From: Eledone cirrhosa
Taxonomy: Eukaryota
Length of the DNA: 64,000 nucleotides
NCBI GenBank assembly: GCA_964016885.1
Contig: OZ024746.1
Coordinates: 34,720,001 to 34,784,000, forward strand
Direction: 5' to 3'
Shown: piece after piece, positions 59,619 through 64,000 of the stretch
How the letters are laid out: every line of letters begins with the position of its first letter
Position numbering within the stretch: the stretch's first letter is position 1
The notes under the pieces: generated by a model
What the model saw: only the letters and a program-made list of their open reading frames with translations
Told to the model about the DNA's origin: nothing
The model's database searches: none
Made by a program: the position numbers and the translations under genes

Positions 59619-59726
59619 ACCCCACCCCACTCTCAATCGTGAAACTAATAATAACATTTGTACTGCCTCTTCGCTGCCACCCTTTTTTGTTTTCTGTTTC
59701 AACTTTAAAAATATATATATATATAT

Positions 59727-61618
59727 ACTACCAGAAGTGCCCGGCGTTGCTCGGGGCTGAGGAACTGATGTATTATAATGAATATTCCATCTTGTTTGGT
59801 TTGCAGTCCTGGTGTGTCATGGTCTCTGTTAACTATGGTATATATAATCTGGTTGCAGCTAGAAAAGTAGACATACCGCAGCAGGGTTTGTACCTACATA
59901 GGTGATCCCCTGTCTATTTGACTTTCGCCTGACCTAACTGAGGTCGTAGATGAAAGGGATAGGATCAATCATTTTTTGACAGGAAAAAGAAAACGTTTGT
60001 TGGTGCCTGTTTATGTCGTGGTTTTGGGTTCAATCCCTAATTTTTTTATTCCTTACTGAAAGTACTTAATGAACCTGTGAACGTCCCTAGCAGTTAAGAA
60101 TGAGAAATTGAATTGTTTCTGGCGCGATTGTACTCTCGTCATTGTTAACGAAAACTCCATTGAAACACGCATACACACGCGTGTGTATTGGCGGTAATAC
60201 ACACACACACACAAACATGCTAACGGCTACATAACATTTACCGGTTATATAAACTGTTCATGCTATATAACATCGTACTGACTACATAGCCTTTTACCTG
60301 CTACATAGCTTTACCGGCTACATAATGAATAACGGCTACGCAATTGATCTTGTTGTTTAAGGAAGTCTGCGAATAGTGTTTCAAAAAATGATTTGTTAAC
60401 TCACACGATGTGAAATGGAAGGGTAGTATTATCGCCATGAAGATTAACAACCGAAAATGAAAATAATTATGTCGTTTGATTTTACGATTGAAAGAAAATA
60501 ATTGTCGCAAATTAGAATTTTTATTTGTTAATGAAGTGTGTATGTGTGGTTAGAAATCCGGCACGTGGTTAAATTGATTTAAAGCTTAATTATTCATTTG
60601 ATGTGAGTGTGTGTTTGTATGTGTTTGCAAATAAATAAATCAGTTTGAAGACTCACATTTAGAATAAACGAAATTGTACGTTAATGTGGCTAATGTTTTT
60701 GTTGTTTAGTCTGTAAAGTGTATGAGTGAGAGAGTAAAACGGAGTATCACCATCAACATGAACAATGTAAAATGAAAAGAATAGTTGTTTCAGCTTGGAA
60801 AGAGAAACTAGCAGAAAGTATGAAGTTGCATAGATTTTGAAGGTTAATGGAAAGTAGCAGTTGAAATGAGAGAGGCAAATCGTAAAATATTGAGTGTTAT
60901 TGATTTTTTGCGTAATTGTGGGTGAAATTGAAGAATATATATGGGCCATGACCCAATCGAAGCTATTTCGAATACTGAATTGTAAATTTCAATTGAAGAA
61001 ATTCTATATCGTAGATTTCTATAACAAAGAAATGTGACCATACACTGAGCTTTATAGATTATGATGTATGATTTACCAAAGGATTATTTTTTAATAGATG
61101 GAACAGAAAAGAAGGATCAGGTGAACTAGCTTCAATGAATTGCTGGGATTTCAGCAAATGTTCACGGCTATGATTCTAATACTATCACGAAGTGTATATT
61201 GTAATTAGATATGCGGGCATGTTATATGTTGACACAATTTTTACATAACGCTACGCTTGCAGTTTTGACTAAAATTCTATTGATTGTTGAAAAGCAGGTA
61301 ATAATTTAGACCTCAGCGAGAAAAATAGTTTTCACAAATCCATTACAAGCAGTCAATATATTCGAACAGTTATATCATAAACAAATGTGTATTTTTTTTA
61401 TGCGGATACCAAGAGGTTTTTCCTGAGATTATGAGATTAAATTGTGATATCAATATCTTGGATTCTGTCGCCAATTTTGATCAATGTTGCCAGTAATCTT
61501 TATGATATTATAATATTTCAATTTTACAATTAACCAAAAATAATCTATACCATTATTCTGCTACTGTCTACCTATATCCCACTTATAATATATAATAAAA
61601 TTGCAGATATTATCTAGT
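59727..61618 (+). mobile_element. Putative non-autonomous Helitron/Helentron-like element
   Basis: Start actaccagaagtgcccggcgttgctcggg; DINE-like ccaattttgatcaa near the end; ends ...tctagt; boundaries uncertain. Confidence 0.4.
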
Positions 61619-62046
61619 ATATATATAAAATTTGAATTATTCATGATATTCAAAAGTCAACTACCTTGGAAATAATTTTGTAAAGTTTAAATATGTCACG
61701 CAATTTGAGATATTTTATTATATACTCAACGAAATTGTTATTCATAAGACAATTGGCGGATGAATTATGGTATAAAATAGAAGCTGTAATCTATAATAGA
61801 TTATATTTATGTTATGTATAATATTCTTGAGAGCATTGAGGTGAAAATACACATTAGTAAGATCTGTATAAATGTTACTGATATATTTTTTACAAAACAC
61901 AGCTGAGTTGTGAAGATGATCACTTATGTAGAATTTCTGAAGAGACAACAACAACCGTCGAAGCATAGTTAAAGATTTACTTAATGTTTCAGTGTATGGC
62001 AAAATAGCTAAATATAACATGTTTATAGGCTAACAAATTCAACGTA

Positions 62047-62086
<40 letters not shown>

Positions 62087-62269
62087 ATTAATAAATGGAA
62101 ACTATATTTATAAAACCATATTTATTCTATTATATATATTTCAAGGGTACCAACATTTTTGTACAGCTCATCAGATAAAATACAAAGTTTTTTTCATAAA
62201 TATTGACTACCCAGGAATGAGACCTTACCGGTTCAAGTTTCTTAGTTTCAAATTTATATGGTATTGAAA

Positions 62270-64000
62270 AGGACGCGTATAATAACCTAATATTGAAGGA
62301 ACTCAGGAAAAACTATAAAAGGACACCAAATGAAGATCTTTCAACTCTAAATAGAGAGCCTTCGGAAATTAATTATAAATTAGGCATGCAAAATAAGACA
62401 GAACCCTTTATACCTTGAAAGCCGAAGGTTAATTTGAAGGACCACAAAAGAAAGTTTGATGTAGAACTACCAGTCAGACTCATCGCACCATCTAAATCTG
62501 ACTTAGGCATAATTAGCAAACATATACTAAATAGAATTATACCACTTCGTAAAGAAAAAACCACACCTTAAACTATGGAACGGTACTAATGAAGTAATAG
62601 ATTGGTTTAAAAACATAAAATTAAAACTTAAGAAAAAATGTATTGAAATGGATATTGCAAATTACTACTCCTCTATTATCCCTAGCTTACTTAATAAGGC
62701 ACTTATTTGCGCTTCTAAAAATACGGACCTATCTAGTGAAGAAATGAATATCATTCTAACCGCACGTAAAACCCTAATAGAATATAATAACCATCTCTGG
62801 ACCAAGCTGATAGGCAAAACAATTTTGATATTACTATGGGATCATCTGATTCAGCTAAAGTAACATACCTCGTTGGATTATTTATTATTAATGTACTGCA
62901 TAGAAAAATGCCAGAGATGACCGGAGGTTTATATCGTGACGATATGTTACTTTTAATCGAAAACCATAGCAATAGTGAAATTAATAGGAAAAAGAAATCC
63001 ACAATACAGTTTTTCAACAATTACAACTTTAATTTAGAAATCGAGAATAATTATAAAATCGTTAACTTCTTAGATGTAACTTTAAATCTTAGCTCAGGCC
63101 TTTATTATCATTTCCATAAAATTAATGAAAATCTAAATTACGTAAGTTTCCATTCTATTCATCCTAGAAATATAAAATATACTATTGTCAGTAGTGTCCA
63201 GCAACGAATTTCACGCATAACAGCTGATACAAATATTTTTGATAATAAGGCAGAATATTACAATTAGGCTTTACATAGAGCTGGATTCTCGAATAAAATT
63301 CAATACTTAGATAACAATAACATGTTAAATAATCCTAAAATTCATTATAATACTAATAAGCAATTCAACTTAAATAGTAAACCATACAAAAAAACTAGAA
63401 TTAGAAATATTATTTGGTACACTTCCCCATTCTCATTAGGTGTTAAAACACCTGTAGCCAAACTATTTTTCAAAGGATAAGTGTTTTCCTAAAGCCCACA
63501 TACAACTCAAATTTTAACAGACACACTATAACACTATCTTACTCTACTACTATGAACATACCACAAAATATTAATAGAATTAATAATAGAAACTTAAATT
63601 TAAACCCTAACCAAACAAATCAAGATAACAATAATAATATTTCTAATAACAATATCCATTCTAATAGTACCGTTTCTAGTAAAAACAACTCCCGAAAATG
63701 TACCTGTAGAATTGAATCAAACTGCCCTTTACAAAACAATTGCTTAGATAAAAACTATAATATATAAATGCACAGTAAAAATTAGAGACGAAATATTTAA
63801 CTATATAGGTGCCACTTCTACAAAATTGAAAGAACGCTGGTATAATCACAAACATACATTTAATAGCTCCGATAAAAAATCTTCAAATTCACTTTCACAT
63901 CTAATTTTGTATTTAAAGGACAATAATTAACACTATTCAATATCTTGGGGAACGATTTCGAAAGCACCTGCATACCAAAATATGGCTTTCTCAAGAATAT
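62270..64000 (+). mobile_element. Decayed Naiad-like PLE running off the window end
   Basis: RLIAPSKSDLG, MDIANYYSSI, MGSSDSAKVTYLVG, GLYRDD, NFLDVTLNL, RNIIWYTSPFS, CTCRIESNCPLQNNC, YIGAT..KERWYNHK. Confidence 0.92.

Overview
AT-rich eukaryotic, non-genic DNA saturated with (TA)n/(CA)n microsatellites. The SINE family and repeat landscape suggest a cephalopod (Octopus-like) genome, which is an inference. No host gene could be supported with confidence, and almost all short ORFs in the track ([12 protein letters not shown]) are microsatellite artefacts. The window is a transposon graveyard: five decayed Naiad-like Penelope-like elements (PLEs; RT plus CxCx5Cx5C linker plus GIY-YIG), one Neptune-like PLE fragment, a young near-full-length RTE LINE (16.6-19.9 kb, minus), RTE-BovB, R4/Dong, mariner, hAT-like and Helitron-like relics, and four tRNA-derived SINEs. 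The main signal, read by eye, is about 25 hammerhead ribozyme (HHR) motifs from more than 10 unrelated sequence families. They lie in PLE termini and in small non-coding, mostly (TA)n-flanked elements of two designs: fold-back elements with HHRs on both strands, and retrozyme-like direct-repeat elements with 515-530 nt HHR-to-HHR units. One family appears to carry a non-circularly permuted, pseudoknot-type HHR. One PLE carries about 1 kb of microsatellite as cargo between two HHRs.
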